This document shows, in pieces, positions 11,587-20,186 of a stretch of 32,444 bases of DNA (positions are counted from its first letter, which is position 1; every line of letters starts with the position of its first letter). The DNA comes from Candidatus Jordarchaeia archaeon (GTDB lineage Archaea > Asgardarchaeota > Jordiarchaeia > Jordiarchaeales > Jordiarchaeaceae), in the NCBI GenBank assembly GCA_029856435.1, contig JAHQXB010000005.1, positions 1 to 32,444 of the forward strand, given 5' to 3'. The translations under genes and the position numbers were made by a program. The notes below the pieces were generated by a model that had not been told where the DNA came from, made no database searches, and was given only the letters and a program-made list of their open reading frames with translations.

Positions 11587-12323
11587 TTAAAGGGGCAAAG
11601 AGCTGGAATTTGTGCTGAATCCCCATTTTCCCAGCAGGGGTACGAAGGCAACTGAGCCGAATCTTTGTTTTTTGGTTTTACCCTTTTCCACTTTTTCTAT
11701 TACTACTAGCTCTTGGTACATAAAGAGGCTTCCTAGGGGGATGGCCATTTTTCCCCCTATTTTTAGTTGGTCAACTAGGGGTTGGGGAACTCTAGGAGCT
11801 GCGGCTGTTACAAGTATGGCGTCGTAGGGAGCCATTTCCTTGTATCCTTCTGAACCGTCCCCAGTGATGACGGTTACCCGGTCAAGGTATCCCGCCCTCC
11901 TCAAATTATCTATGGCAAATTCTACTAGTTCTGGAATCCGTTCTATGGTGTAAACGTGACCCTTGGCGTTGGAGCCGGTGGGCGCCACTATTTCGGCGCA
12001 TAGTGCTGCGTGGTAGCCGGACCCCGTGCCCACCTCTAGTACCTTCATGCCCTCTTCCAATTCTAGTACGTCACACATCATTACAACCATGTTACGCCCA
12101 AAAAGCATGATGTTTGCCCTTTGTGTGGCGCAGATATGGTCTGACCTCCAGGAATGGGAAGAGGATGATCGACGTAAGCCTTATCTCTGAGATTTTGGGG
12201 GACAAACTCTTCTCTGGGGACCTCCAAGAATGCGCGCATCACGCTTTCTCGGGTAACGAATCCTGAGCGTTTCAACTCTTCCAGAAGTCTTTTCTTTTCG
12301 AACAGTAGGTCTTTTTTTGCCAA
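11587..12323 (-). CDS. pcm: Protein-L-isoaspartate O-methyltransferase, intron-containing (exon 1 about 12323-12125, exon 2 12092-11587)
   Basis: Exon 1 encodes VPREEFVP..AYVDHPLPIPGGQTISAP; exon 2 encodes MVVMMCDVL..VLEVGTGSGYHAA..YDAILVTAAAP..VAFVPL. Removing 12093-12124 gives one frame of 234 aa from TTG 12323 (alternative TTG 12341). Confidence 0.92.
12093..12124 (-). other. 32-nt bulge-helix-bulge intron in pcm pre-mRNA
   Basis: CGCC/GGCG 4-bp central helix, 3-nt bulges ACA and UAA, 9-bp intron stem CAAAGGGCA/UGCUUUUUG with a 7-nt loop. Canonical cuts join CCA C + AC AUG to give Pro-His-Met. Confidence 0.9.
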
Positions 12324-12398
12324 AAGTCTCCACTCACACAACTATTTTTTGCGTCCTCTCTTAACATTTAATTGTGCGTCATACAGAAATAATTATCG

Positions 12399-12845
12399 GT
12401 GGAAGAAGACTTGGCCAAAAAAGCGGCAGAAACAATCTATGCACGGGGTCATCCTAACGTTTCCGCCACACATAAAACAACTCTAGAAATAACTACTAGA
12501 GACAAGTTAACAATCAGGGGAGACTGCATAGTAGCCGTATGTGCAAATAAGGGGGCTGAACAGCTCAGTGAATCGTTTAAAGAGTTGGCAAGAATGGAGA
12601 ATTCAACCATCACCATGATCTTAAAAGTTGACGACCAAACCGAAACCATTAAGGGCCAAGGGAGCCCCCACCTAACCTTTACTCATCCCCACGACATAGT
12701 GGCGAGAAAAAGCACCTACCACAGTGACAGAACAATAATGATAAAAGCCGACAAGGCAGCAATAGACCTGAACAGAAAGCTAGTCCAAAAATTGAAAGAC
12801 CCCCAAACAAAGGTCGAAGTAATCCTAATTGTGGAAACCCCATAA
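12399..12845 (+). CDS. DUF371 family protein
   Basis: ARGHPNVSATHKTTLEIT, RGDCIVAV, IVARKS, IKADKAAIDL; start GTG 12399 or TTG 12411. Confidence 0.9.
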   Translation: MEEDLAKKAAETIYARGHPNVSATHKTTLEITTRDKLTIRGDCIVAVCANKGAEQLSESFKELARMENSTITMILKVDDQTETIKGQGSPHLTFTHPHDIVARKSTYHSDRTIMIKADKAAIDLNRKLVQKLKDPQTKVEVILIVETP

Positions 12846-12998
12846 AAAAAGGCTACTGGTTTTCCACCAAAAACTCCAAAATTTGTTTAACATCTTAAGC
12901 GTATTAAGGGGTTATCTGAAAAGAAATTGAGGCAAGGAAGACACAATCCATACTAGGTGTGGCGTGGGAGCTTCCGCGTAATTCAATGTGGGAATGTG

Positions 12999-14072
12999 TC
13001 ATTTGATTTGGGCGTCTACAACTACTTGCCATTCTCGTGGTGCGCTGGGCCGCACCTTTCTAGAGCCAAGAATTTTAACTACCTTTCTGGAACTTGCCTC
13101 AACACCTCTAACTAGGGATTCAACCGCCTCGTCTGCAGACTCGGACGTAGAGAATTGGTAGTAGTGAATTATTCCTCCCTCGGTCTTAATTGCGCGACAT
13201 GCAACATCAATGTAATTCTTAGCCTCGCTTGGGAGATTCATAATAACCCGATCTGCTTTGGAAGAAAGGCTTTCTTCCACCACTTTTCGAGCGTCACCAA
13301 GGATTGGGAAAACTCTGCCATCAGCCTTGTTCAAATGAATATTCTGCTTAAGTAAGTCTACTGCCAATTCGTTAATATCAATAGCATACACCTGTGCCGC
13401 CCCTCTTTTCGCGATTTGAATGGAGAAGGGGCCCACACCCGCAAAAAGGTCCACCACCACCTCTCCAGGGGAAACTTGGCTTGCTACGCGGGCATGCTCA
13501 GTCACTAGGCGTGGACTAAAGTAAGCCGAAGATAAATCCACCTGAAAGACGCAGCCATTCTCCCTATGCAAGGTGGTTGTCCTGTTCTCCCCCGCAAGAT
13601 GGATGAACCTTCGAACGCGGGTTACGCCATCTACCCTTCCAGCCTTGGCCAAAACTACCTTCACATTTTTGTGTACATTTAAAACCGCATTACCTATAAG
13701 GGCGCCTTTATCAGAAAGCTCTTGGGGAATCTCAAGCACTGCGATGTCTCCCACCACATCATAGGAGCGGGGCAGTGAAGCCAACTGGCTGGGGGAGAGC
13801 TTACCGTATAATTCCTCCAGAATACTTTTGGGTCGCTTCATCCTAAGCTTGGACTCGGTGTGAGCCAACTCAAAAATGCCCAGCCTGCTTTCCAAAATTG
13901 ACCGCTCACTATCCGAAATCTCCCTAACCAAGGGCCAAAAAATATTTTTAGAATCACTTGAGACACGCATATTATTATCGAGAAGCCCCAGCTCCGAGAG
14001 AACAATTTTGGCCTCTTGTCCCCTCTTTTTGGAGATTACCAGGCAAGGAATTAGATCCGCCAAATAAACCAT
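12999..14072 (-). CDS. trm5: tRNA (guanine-37-N1) methyltransferase, Trm5/Met-10+ family
   Basis: YDVVGDIAV, HRENGC.F.VD, AYFSPRL..EH.R, DLFAGVGPFSI, IDINE, VIMNLP. Confidence 0.9.
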   Translation of the reverse strand: MVYLADLIPCLVISKKRGQEAKIVLSELGLLDNNMRVSSDSKNIFWPLVREISDSERSILESRLGIFELAHTESKLRMKRPKSILEELYGKLSPSQLASLPRSYDVVGDIAVLEIPQELSDKGALIGNAVLNVHKNVKVVLAKAGRVDGVTRVRRFIHLAGENRTTTLHRENGCVFQVDLSSAYFSPRLVTEHARVASQVSPGEVVVDLFAGVGPFSIQIAKRGAAQVYAIDINELAVDLLKQNIHLNKADGRVFPILGDARKVVEESLSSKADRVIMNLPSEAKNYIDVACRAIKTEGGIIHYYQFSTSESADEAVESLVRGVEASSRKVVKILGSRKVRPSAPREWQVVVDAQIK

Positions 14073-14148
14073 AACCTCTTCGAGAAATTTTAAAAAAACA
14101 GGATATTCCTAGGAGTGGAGTGTTTAGGCGGGCTGCACGGGATTCGAA

Positions 14149-14179
14149 TTCGCGAACCAGAGTAAGCCTCTCAGGGTTT
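14149..14179 (-). other. 31-nt tRNA intron at position 53/54 (T-stem/T-loop junction)
   Basis: Central helix CGCG/CGCG, bulges GG|A and AA|U, intron stem AACC/GGUU; exon-side helix weak (relaxed BHB). Confidence 0.88.
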
Positions 14180-14218
14180 CCCGCGACCACCAAGTTAAGA
14201 GCCTGGCGCTCTACCTAA

Positions 14219-14246
14219 TTGCTCAGATGAATATGAATCCATTCTT
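14219..14246 (-). other. 28-nt tRNA intron at position 15/16 (D-loop)
   Basis: Central helix GCUC/GAGC, bulges AG|A and AA|U, intron hairpin, and exon helix CUA/UAG. Confidence 0.88.
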
Positions 14247-14562
14247 CTGAGCTAGCAGCCCGCTTTTATCTTTTGGACAGTTAGAGAATTAAGCGTTTGG
14301 GTACATAAATTTTTTGTGGAGAGAAATAGGTGTGAATTAGTCTGTAGGGAATATGGAACGCATTTTTCCTTACCATTCATTATTGGCCTTAGAATCGGAA
14401 AGGTCTTGAAGAGCCTGGGTCTTCCAAAGGAAGAAAACACCTAAAAAAGGGGAGTATCGTATATTCCGCTGGATGTTTTAGGAAACTTGTAAAACTCGCT
14501 CACAGGTAAGTGTTAAATGGTGTGACTGAAATTTTGTTTTAAAAGTTAGAGGAGAATTTGTT

Positions 14563-15184
14563 TTGAGCCAAGCACCTAGTTGTTATCAGGCTCTGTTGGT
14601 GACACTGGGTTTAATGGCTATACGTTTGCAGTGGCTGTTTGGCTATTTTACACCGTGGCAATTTTCACTATAATTCTGCTTTTCTCCTTTTGCTACTAAT
14701 CATAGGATTGATAGGAGTTTCTGTGGGACTGGGAAATAAGGGATCTACCGGTGGGTGGCAAATTTTATGGCTAATACTGGGAATAATATCTCTAGCTATA
14801 GCAGTTATAGTGATAGTTTTCCCCCTGATTGGCATCTCAATTTTGATTATACTTCCTGGGTGTGGGTTTGCTTTTTAACGGTTTCACCGGGATAATTCAA
14901 GGAGCATTTGACTCGGAACTCGACACTAGTTATAGGGTTCTTCTCCTGTTTTTTGGCGTCTTGATTGTTATAGTATCCTTCTTTATCCTGTCGAATCCTA
15001 CGTTGGGGATCATCCTGTGGTACTGCCACCCTTCCTACTTGTGCTTAACGGTACCTACATTCCGCCCATAGGCTTTTACACCATAATCCCCTCGGCGGGA
15101 TACTTGGTGCTGGTCTTTTTCCTATCCTTGGGCTTCATAATTCGTGGAATACAAGCCATCCTCCTAGGGATAAAAGAAAGATAG
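14563..15184 (+). pseudogene. Multiply frameshifted HdeD/DUF308-like membrane protein
   Basis: AGAGGAG SD then TTG; hydrophobic segments (ILGIISLAIAVIVIVFP, GLLFNGFTGIIQG, FFGVLIVIVSFFILSNP, FLSLGFIIRGIQAILLG) are spread over several frames and need at least 3-4 shifts to join. Confidence 0.7.
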
Positions 15185-15231
15185 CTATCCCAATTTTCAA
15201 ATACCAAAAACGTGTCTCTTTTTTTCATTTT

Positions 15232-17313
15232 TTAAATAATTAGTTTGGAAGAATTTAAAGATACAGCTAGGTCGGGTAGGAAGTGCGCCACTGCTGCTAG
15301 GAAGGGGGTGAGGAAGCCGAATGCCGCCAAACCCACACCAATAATATTGAAAAGTATTCCAATGGTGATGTTTTGTTTTATTGTTCGAAGGGTCTTTTTG
15401 CCCGCCTGGATTATTTCGGGAATTTTTGCTAGGTCATCTGCCATAAGTACAATGTTTGCTGCTTCCATAGCGGCGGCAGTTCCCGCGGCTCCCATAGCTA
15501 TTCCCACTGTGGCTTGGGCTAGGGCGGGTGCATCATTTATCCCGTCGCCCACCATGGCCACTCTCTTTCCAGAGTCTTCTAGTTCTTTTATTTTGTTGGC
15601 CTTTTCTTCAGGCAGCATTCCCGCTATTACCTCGTCTATGCCCAGTTGGTTAGCGATGGCTCTAGCTGTTCGGGGATTATCACCAGTGAGCATTATTGTT
15701 TTTACACCCAGCTTTTTCAGTTCGGCTATGGTTTCTTTAGACTTATATCGGGGCGCGTCTGCCACAGTTATTACTCCGCAGACATGACCATCGTGTGAGA
15801 TGAGTAGTGCGGTTTTTCCCTCTTCTTCCCTCTCCCAGATATATCTTTTTACTCTGCTGGCAATCTTGACATTGTTGTTTCTCATTAGCTCCATATTTCC
15901 CAGTATAATTTTTCTGCCGTCGCTTTTCACAATTATTCCCTTGCCTCGTATGATTTCTAACTCTTCAGGCGCTGGAACAGTTATTCCCTGTTTTTCTGCC
16001 CTTTTCATTACGGCAATGGCTAGGGGGTGTTCCGAGCGTTTTTCGGCTATTGCTGCCAGCCTAATTATTTCTTCTTCACTGTGGCCGTCAAACCCCTTTA
16101 CATCCATTACTTGGGGCTTGTTCATAGTTAGGGTTCCAGTTTTATCCATAGCAATAATGTTCACTCTTCCCAGTGCTTCAAGATAGTTTCCCCCTTTAAT
16201 CAAGGCACCTCTTTTGGAAGATTTTCCAATTGTGGCTACCACAGCAAGGGGTGTTGCCAAAGCTACTGCACAGGGACAGGCAACAACCAATACGGTAACT
16301 GCAGTGATAATACTGTTAGTTAGAAGATATGTGAGAAGGGATACGGCCAGAACCAGTGGTGTAAAGTATGCGGTGAACCTATCGGCAACTTTTTGTATGG
16401 CGGCTTTGCCCTCTTGAGCCTCCTCTACCATCCTAATTATTCTCCCTATTGTAGTGTCTCCCCCAGTTTTTTCCACCCTTATTTGAATTACGCCCACCTC
16501 ACTTATGGTTCCCGCAAAAACTGTGTCTCCCAAGCCCTTCTCCACAGATAGGACTTCTCCGGTAATTGCTGCCTGATTAATTAGAGCCTGCCCAGAGATT
16601 ATCTTACCATCTACGGGGATTTTTTCCCCCGATTTGACTATCACAATGTCACCAGTTTTTATTTCCTCTATGGGCAGCAGGGACTCCTTACCATCTCTTA
16701 GTACAAGTGCATTCTTGGGGGCTATCTCAACAATTTCCTGGATAGCTCTTCGACTCTTATCCACAGTAAATTCTTCAACAAACCAAGCTGTCAGGACAAA
16801 GAAAGTTATTGCGGCTGCTGACAGAAACTCTCCCAGAATAACGGTTGCAACGAGGGCGATGGTTATAAAAACAGAGACCTCAATCTTCCTAGCTCTTAGG
16901 GAAAAGAAGGCATCCTTCAGTATGGGATAAGCACCAACAGCCACCGCGACGAGAGACACATCATAGCCCATATACGAGGGAAGCAGATTTGCCCAGCTAA
17001 CAAACATCAGAAAGCCAATTAAGCCAATCCGCAGAATATTCAGAACATATTTTTTAGTTTCCAAATGGGGTTTTTCGTGGAGCCCAAGATTGTAGCCTAT
17101 CTTCTTGGCTGTTTCCTTAATTTCGTCAATGCTAACCTTCTCCTTATCATAATCGATTGTGAGGGTTTTTGCAGCAAAATTAACCTCTGAACGGGTAACC
17201 CCCTCCAAAGTGGAGAGCACTCTTTCGATTCTCTCTGCGCAGTCAGCGCAATGCACTCCTTCTATTTCGCATACCTCGTGGCACTCTGTTCCTTGGTTCT
17301 GTCTTTTTTCCAT
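15232..17313 (-). CDS. P1B-type heavy-metal-translocating ATPase with N-terminal HMA domain
   Basis: GVHCADC, TGE, VACPCA, DKTGTLT, SEHP, TGDN, GDGINDAP; likely ATG at 17313. Metal specificity uncertain. Confidence 0.93.
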   Translation of the reverse strand: MEKRQNQGTECHEVCEIEGVHCADCAERIERVLSTLEGVTRSEVNFAAKTLTIDYDKEKVSIDEIKETAKKIGYNLGLHEKPHLETKKYVLNILRIGLIGFLMFVSWANLLPSYMGYDVSLVAVAVGAYPILKDAFFSLRARKIEVSVFITIALVATVILGEFLSAAAITFFVLTAWFVEEFTVDKSRRAIQEIVEIAPKNALVLRDGKESLLPIEEIKTGDIVIVKSGEKIPVDGKIISGQALINQAAITGEVLSVEKGLGDTVFAGTISEVGVIQIRVEKTGGDTTIGRIIRMVEEAQEGKAAIQKVADRFTAYFTPLVLAVSLLTYLLTNSIITAVTVLVVACPCAVALATPLAVVATIGKSSKRGALIKGGNYLEALGRVNIIAMDKTGTLTMNKPQVMDVKGFDGHSEEEIIRLAAIAEKRSEHPLAIAVMKRAEKQGITVPAPEELEIIRGKGIIVKSDGRKIILGNMELMRNNNVKIASRVKRYIWEREEEGKTALLISHDGHVCGVITVADAPRYKSKETIAELKKLGVKTIMLTGDNPRTARAIANQLGIDEVIAGMLPEEKANKIKELEDSGKRVAMVGDGINDAPALAQATVGIAMGAAGTAAAMEAANIVLMADDLAKIPEIIQAGKKTLRTIKQNITIGILFNIIGVGLAAFGFLTPFLAAVAHFLPDLAVSLNSSKLII

Positions 17314-17387
17314 AGAGACTCCCAAAAAACCAATAAAAGGCAATTATATTAATTTAATGCCAAAAAATAACGGAAAAATATTAATTC

Positions 17388-17418
17388 AATATTAATTTTA
17401 TGATAATTAGTTAATATT
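17388..17418. promoter_or_regulatory. Candidate operator palindrome between the divergent ATPase and NikR-like genes
   Basis: AATATTAA-N15-TTAATATT inverted repeat; the region is very AT-rich, so a chance occurrence is possible. Confidence 0.4.
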
Positions 17419-17432
17419 ATTGGTGATTTTGA

Positions 17433-17840
17433 ATGACGGTAGTCAGCATAACCCTGCCCGAAGAATTACTGTCACAGTTTGAGAAATTCATGGAGAGCAG
17501 AGGATACTACAGCAGGTCCGAAGCCTTCAGAGACGCCATACGCAATCTAATAGCAGAATCAGAAATCAATAAGCTGGGAGAGGAAAAATCCGCGGCGACC
17601 ATAATGGTCACCAGTGAGTATAAGAGGAAAGAAGTAGAGAACAGAATCTCAGAGATTCGACACGAGTTTGACGACATCATAATTGAAAATATACACAGAC
17701 ATATAAAGGATCAGTACTGTTTGGAGATTCTTATTGCCGAAGGCGACTCTAAGAGGCTCCTAGATTTAATGGGCAGAGTGAGGGGAATCAGAGGAATCCA
17801 GCAGGTGAAAGCGGTCTTCATGCCCATACTGGAAAGTTAG
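17433..17840 (+). CDS. nikR: NikR-family ribbon-helix-helix metalloregulator
   Basis: VSITLP..LL..F...GY.SRSEAFRDAIR RHH domain; intact H-x10-H-x-H-x5-C metal site (HEFDDIIIENIHRHIKDQYC); GGTGA SD. Confidence 0.88.
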   Translation: MTVVSITLPEELLSQFEKFMESRGYYSRSEAFRDAIRNLIAESEINKLGEEKSAATIMVTSEYKRKEVENRISEIRHEFDDIIIENIHRHIKDQYCLEILIAEGDSKRLLDLMGRVRGIRGIQQVKAVFMPILES

Positions 17841-17914
17841 CTCCCGAAGCAACGATTATATCCTGATTGTTCCCAGTATTTTGTGATTACCGGCCCGTTT
17901 TTAGGTGTTTGAAG

Positions 17915-18709
17915 TTGGGTAAGCTGGTGTTCGTTGGTTTAGGGTTGTGGAACGAATATGATTTGACGCTCCAGGGGTTGGAGGAGACACGGAAAGCCGA
18001 CAAGATTTACGCTGAGTTTTACACCAGCTTCATGGGAGGGCTTAACCTTAAAAACCTGGAAAAGCTGGTGGGCAAGAAGATTAACGTGTTATCCAGAAAG
18101 GATGTGGAGGAGAATCCCCACGAATCCATTTTGCGTGATGCACAGAAAGGAATTGTCGCTTTTCTGGTTCCAGGCGACCCCCTTATATCCACTACTCATG
18201 TTGATTTGAGGCTGCGTGCAGTAAATATGGGAATAGACACCAAAATTGTTCATGGGGCCTCAATTCTCTCTGCTGCTCCTAGCGTTTGTGGATTGGCTAA
18301 CTATAAGTTTGGAAATTCGGTCAGCATACCTTTTCCCGAAACCAACTATTTTCCAGAATCCCCCTACCTTGTGGTTAGAAAGAACAGGCTCAGAGGACTC
18401 CACACACTTGTCTATCTGGACATTAGAGCGGACATGTCCCGCTACATGACAGTTAGAGAGGGTTTGGAGTTTTTGAATTATTTTGACAGTAAAAAAAGGA
18501 GGCAGGTTCTCAAAGAAGCTATTTTTGTGGGAATCGCGAGGGCTGGGTCGCCAGAGCCGTTGGTGAAAGCCGGTTTTCTAGACGAGCTAATTTCTTTTGA
18601 CTTTGGCTCCCCCCCACACATTCTAATAGTTACTGGGAAACTTCATTTTAAGGAGGCTGAGGCGCTAGTAAAGCTTGCGGGGGCGCCTAAAATAATTCTT
18701 GAAAAATAG
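17915..18709 (+). CDS. dph5: Diphthine synthase
   Basis: FVGLGL, AEFYTS, LVPGDPLISTTH, GLANYKFG, GLHTLVYLD, FGSPPHILIV.G.LH..E.EAL; likely TTG 17915 after AGGTG. Confidence 0.95.
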   Translation: MGKLVFVGLGLWNEYDLTLQGLEETRKADKIYAEFYTSFMGGLNLKNLEKLVGKKINVLSRKDVEENPHESILRDAQKGIVAFLVPGDPLISTTHVDLRLRAVNMGIDTKIVHGASILSAAPSVCGLANYKFGNSVSIPFPETNYFPESPYLVVRKNRLRGLHTLVYLDIRADMSRYMTVREGLEFLNYFDSKKRRQVLKEAIFVGIARAGSPEPLVKAGFLDELISFDFGSPPHILIVTGKLHFKEAEALVKLAGAPKIILEK

Positions 18710-18716
18710 ATAAGAG

Positions 18717-19493
18717 TCACTTTTTCATCCCGATTATAATACGGCGCTCTCTGTTGCCAGTTATGAGACGGATATTTTCTACATTCAATTTCTCCTCTTT
18801 CATGGTACACGTAATGCATTCTGCAACTGTTTCCTTTTTCATAGGTATGATTAGTCCTATTCTACCGCCCCTTTTCAGGTGTGGGGCCCCCTGTTTTACT
18901 AATTTTAGTGAAAAATCGGCTCCTGTTTTGCCACCGCCCAATAATTCTTCTGCGCTGCCCCCAAATTTTTTGTCTAAGGGTTTTGCTTTTGAGGGGAGAT
19001 ATGGAGGGGTACTTATAATAGCGTCGAAATTCAAGTCCTCTGGAATAATTCCCTCAATTATTTGGCCTGAGGACTTTACCAGTTGTATCCTATCTTGTAG
19101 AGAGTTCTGGACTATGTTTGTGTGGGCATTCAAGTAGTATTCTTCAACCATTTCTGTGGCGTAAACTTTGGCGCCTAATATTTTGGCGGCTATTATGGCA
19201 CATATTGCAGTTGCCCCCGTTCCTACATCTAGCACCGTTTCATAGGGTTTAACCGTTAGTTTAACGAATGCTAACCTGCTCATTATGGACGGAACCAAGG
19301 CTTTTGGATGAAGGCATAGTTCCACTCCCAGAATTTCGCGAGCGACCAGTTTATTGTATACTGCCAAGGCGTCTTTGTTTTTGAGATCAATTTTTGGAGG
19401 ATTCTGGGATACTAAATAGGGACTTATTAGTTCGGGATACTTTTTCAAAATTTCGGATATGGGTAGGCCTTCCTTGACTTTTACGGTTTTCAA
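18717..19493 (-). CDS. RlmF/METTL16-related SAM-dependent methyltransferase
   Basis: VLDVGTGATAI motif I, ATE acidic motif II, IISTPPY motif IV; resembles archaeal RlmF-related proteins. Start uncertain (TTG 19493 or 19526). Confidence 0.75.
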   Translation of the reverse strand: MKTVKVKEGLPISEILKKYPELISPYLVSQNPPKIDLKNKDALAVYNKLVAREILGVELCLHPKALVPSIMSRLAFVKLTVKPYETVLDVGTGATAICAIIAAKILGAKVYATEMVEEYYLNAHTNIVQNSLQDRIQLVKSSGQIIEGIIPEDLNFDAIISTPPYLPSKAKPLDKKFGGSAEELLGGGKTGADFSLKLVKQGAPHLKRGGRIGLIIPMKKETVAECITCTMKEEKLNVENIRLITGNRERRIIIGMKK

Positions 19494-19580
19494 GAATTCT
19501 CCCACGAATGTTAAAATGATTAACATTAAACAGAATAAAGGCGAATGAGTGGTTATTTCGATGCGATTAAATTTGAAAAT

Positions 19581-20060
19581 TTATTTTTCCCCATTTTTTA
19601 AATTGTCTTTGTTTCTCTCAAGTATTTTTTTCACAATGATGGTGGAGCTGTTTAATCCGGTGCCGTATTTCGGGAGGCGGACAACTTTGGCGTTGATTCC
19701 TTTCTCTTTTAGCTCCTGTTTGAATTTTTTGAACTCTTCAGGATCTATTCTTTGGTCGTAGCCTAAGACTATTATATCGGGGTTGTTCTCCTTAACGATT
19801 TGAAGCATATCTTCTCCTTCGTGTCCCAATATTGCTTTATCTACTGGTTTTAGTGCTTGGACAACAGTCCTCCTCTCCTCCTCGTTAAAAATTGGGGGGT
19901 GTTTTTTCATTTTTATAACATTATTGTCTCTAGAAATGACAACTATTAGCTCCGAGTTTTTCCCCCCGAGTTTCTTGGCTTCTTCAAAGAACTTTATGTG
20001 CCCTACATGTACCAAGTCGAATGTTCCAAAGGCCATAACCCTCTTTCCTGGACTACTCAT
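19581..20060 (-). CDS. ribL: Archaeal FAD synthase (cytidylyltransferase superfamily)
   Basis: AFGTFDLVHVGH, VISRD, PDIIVLGYDQ, SSTII; ATG 20060; directly downstream of riboflavin kinase. Confidence 0.88.
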   Translation of the reverse strand: MSSPGKRVMAFGTFDLVHVGHIKFFEEAKKLGGKNSELIVVISRDNNVIKMKKHPPIFNEEERRTVVQALKPVDKAILGHEGEDMLQIVKENNPDIIVLGYDQRIDPEEFKKFKQELKEKGINAKVVRLPKYGTGLNSSTIIVKKILERNKDNLKNGEK

Positions 20061-20186
20061 TTTTCTCTCCCTGCTTTGCCCTTGAAAATTACTGACGTTT
20101 TTGCAATTAGACAGAAGAATGTTCAATTGTTTTATTTTTTGTGGTGGATTTAACAATTTTTTGGAAGTAAGGTTAACTCCACATAT

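Larger units (their letters stand above)
14129..14261 (-). tRNA. tRNA-Lys(CUU) with two BHB introns; CCA not encoded
   Basis: After removing 14219-14246 and 14149-14179 the 74-nt product folds as a cloverleaf: acceptor GGGCUGC/GCAGCCC, D-stem GCUC/GAGC, anticodon arm CCAGG-CUCUUAA-CUUGG, T-arm GCGGG-UUCGAAU-CCCGU. Confidence 0.93.

Noticed and set aside
11587-12341. pcm as a pseudogene, sequencing frameshift or programmed ribosomal frameshift
   Set aside because: The two halves are separated by 32 extra nucleotides, not a 1-2 nt slip, and these form a BHB whose canonical cuts restore the conserved motif exactly.
12940-13000. 10-bp imperfect inverted repeat GACACAATCC/GGAATGTGTC
   Set aside because: No target-site duplication, short, and it overlaps the trm5 stop; at most a 3' hairpin between convergent genes.
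14129-17840. tRNA-anchored integrated element
   Set aside because: No integrase and no att-like duplication of tRNA sequence, and the accessory-looking genes lie on the 5' side of the tRNA.
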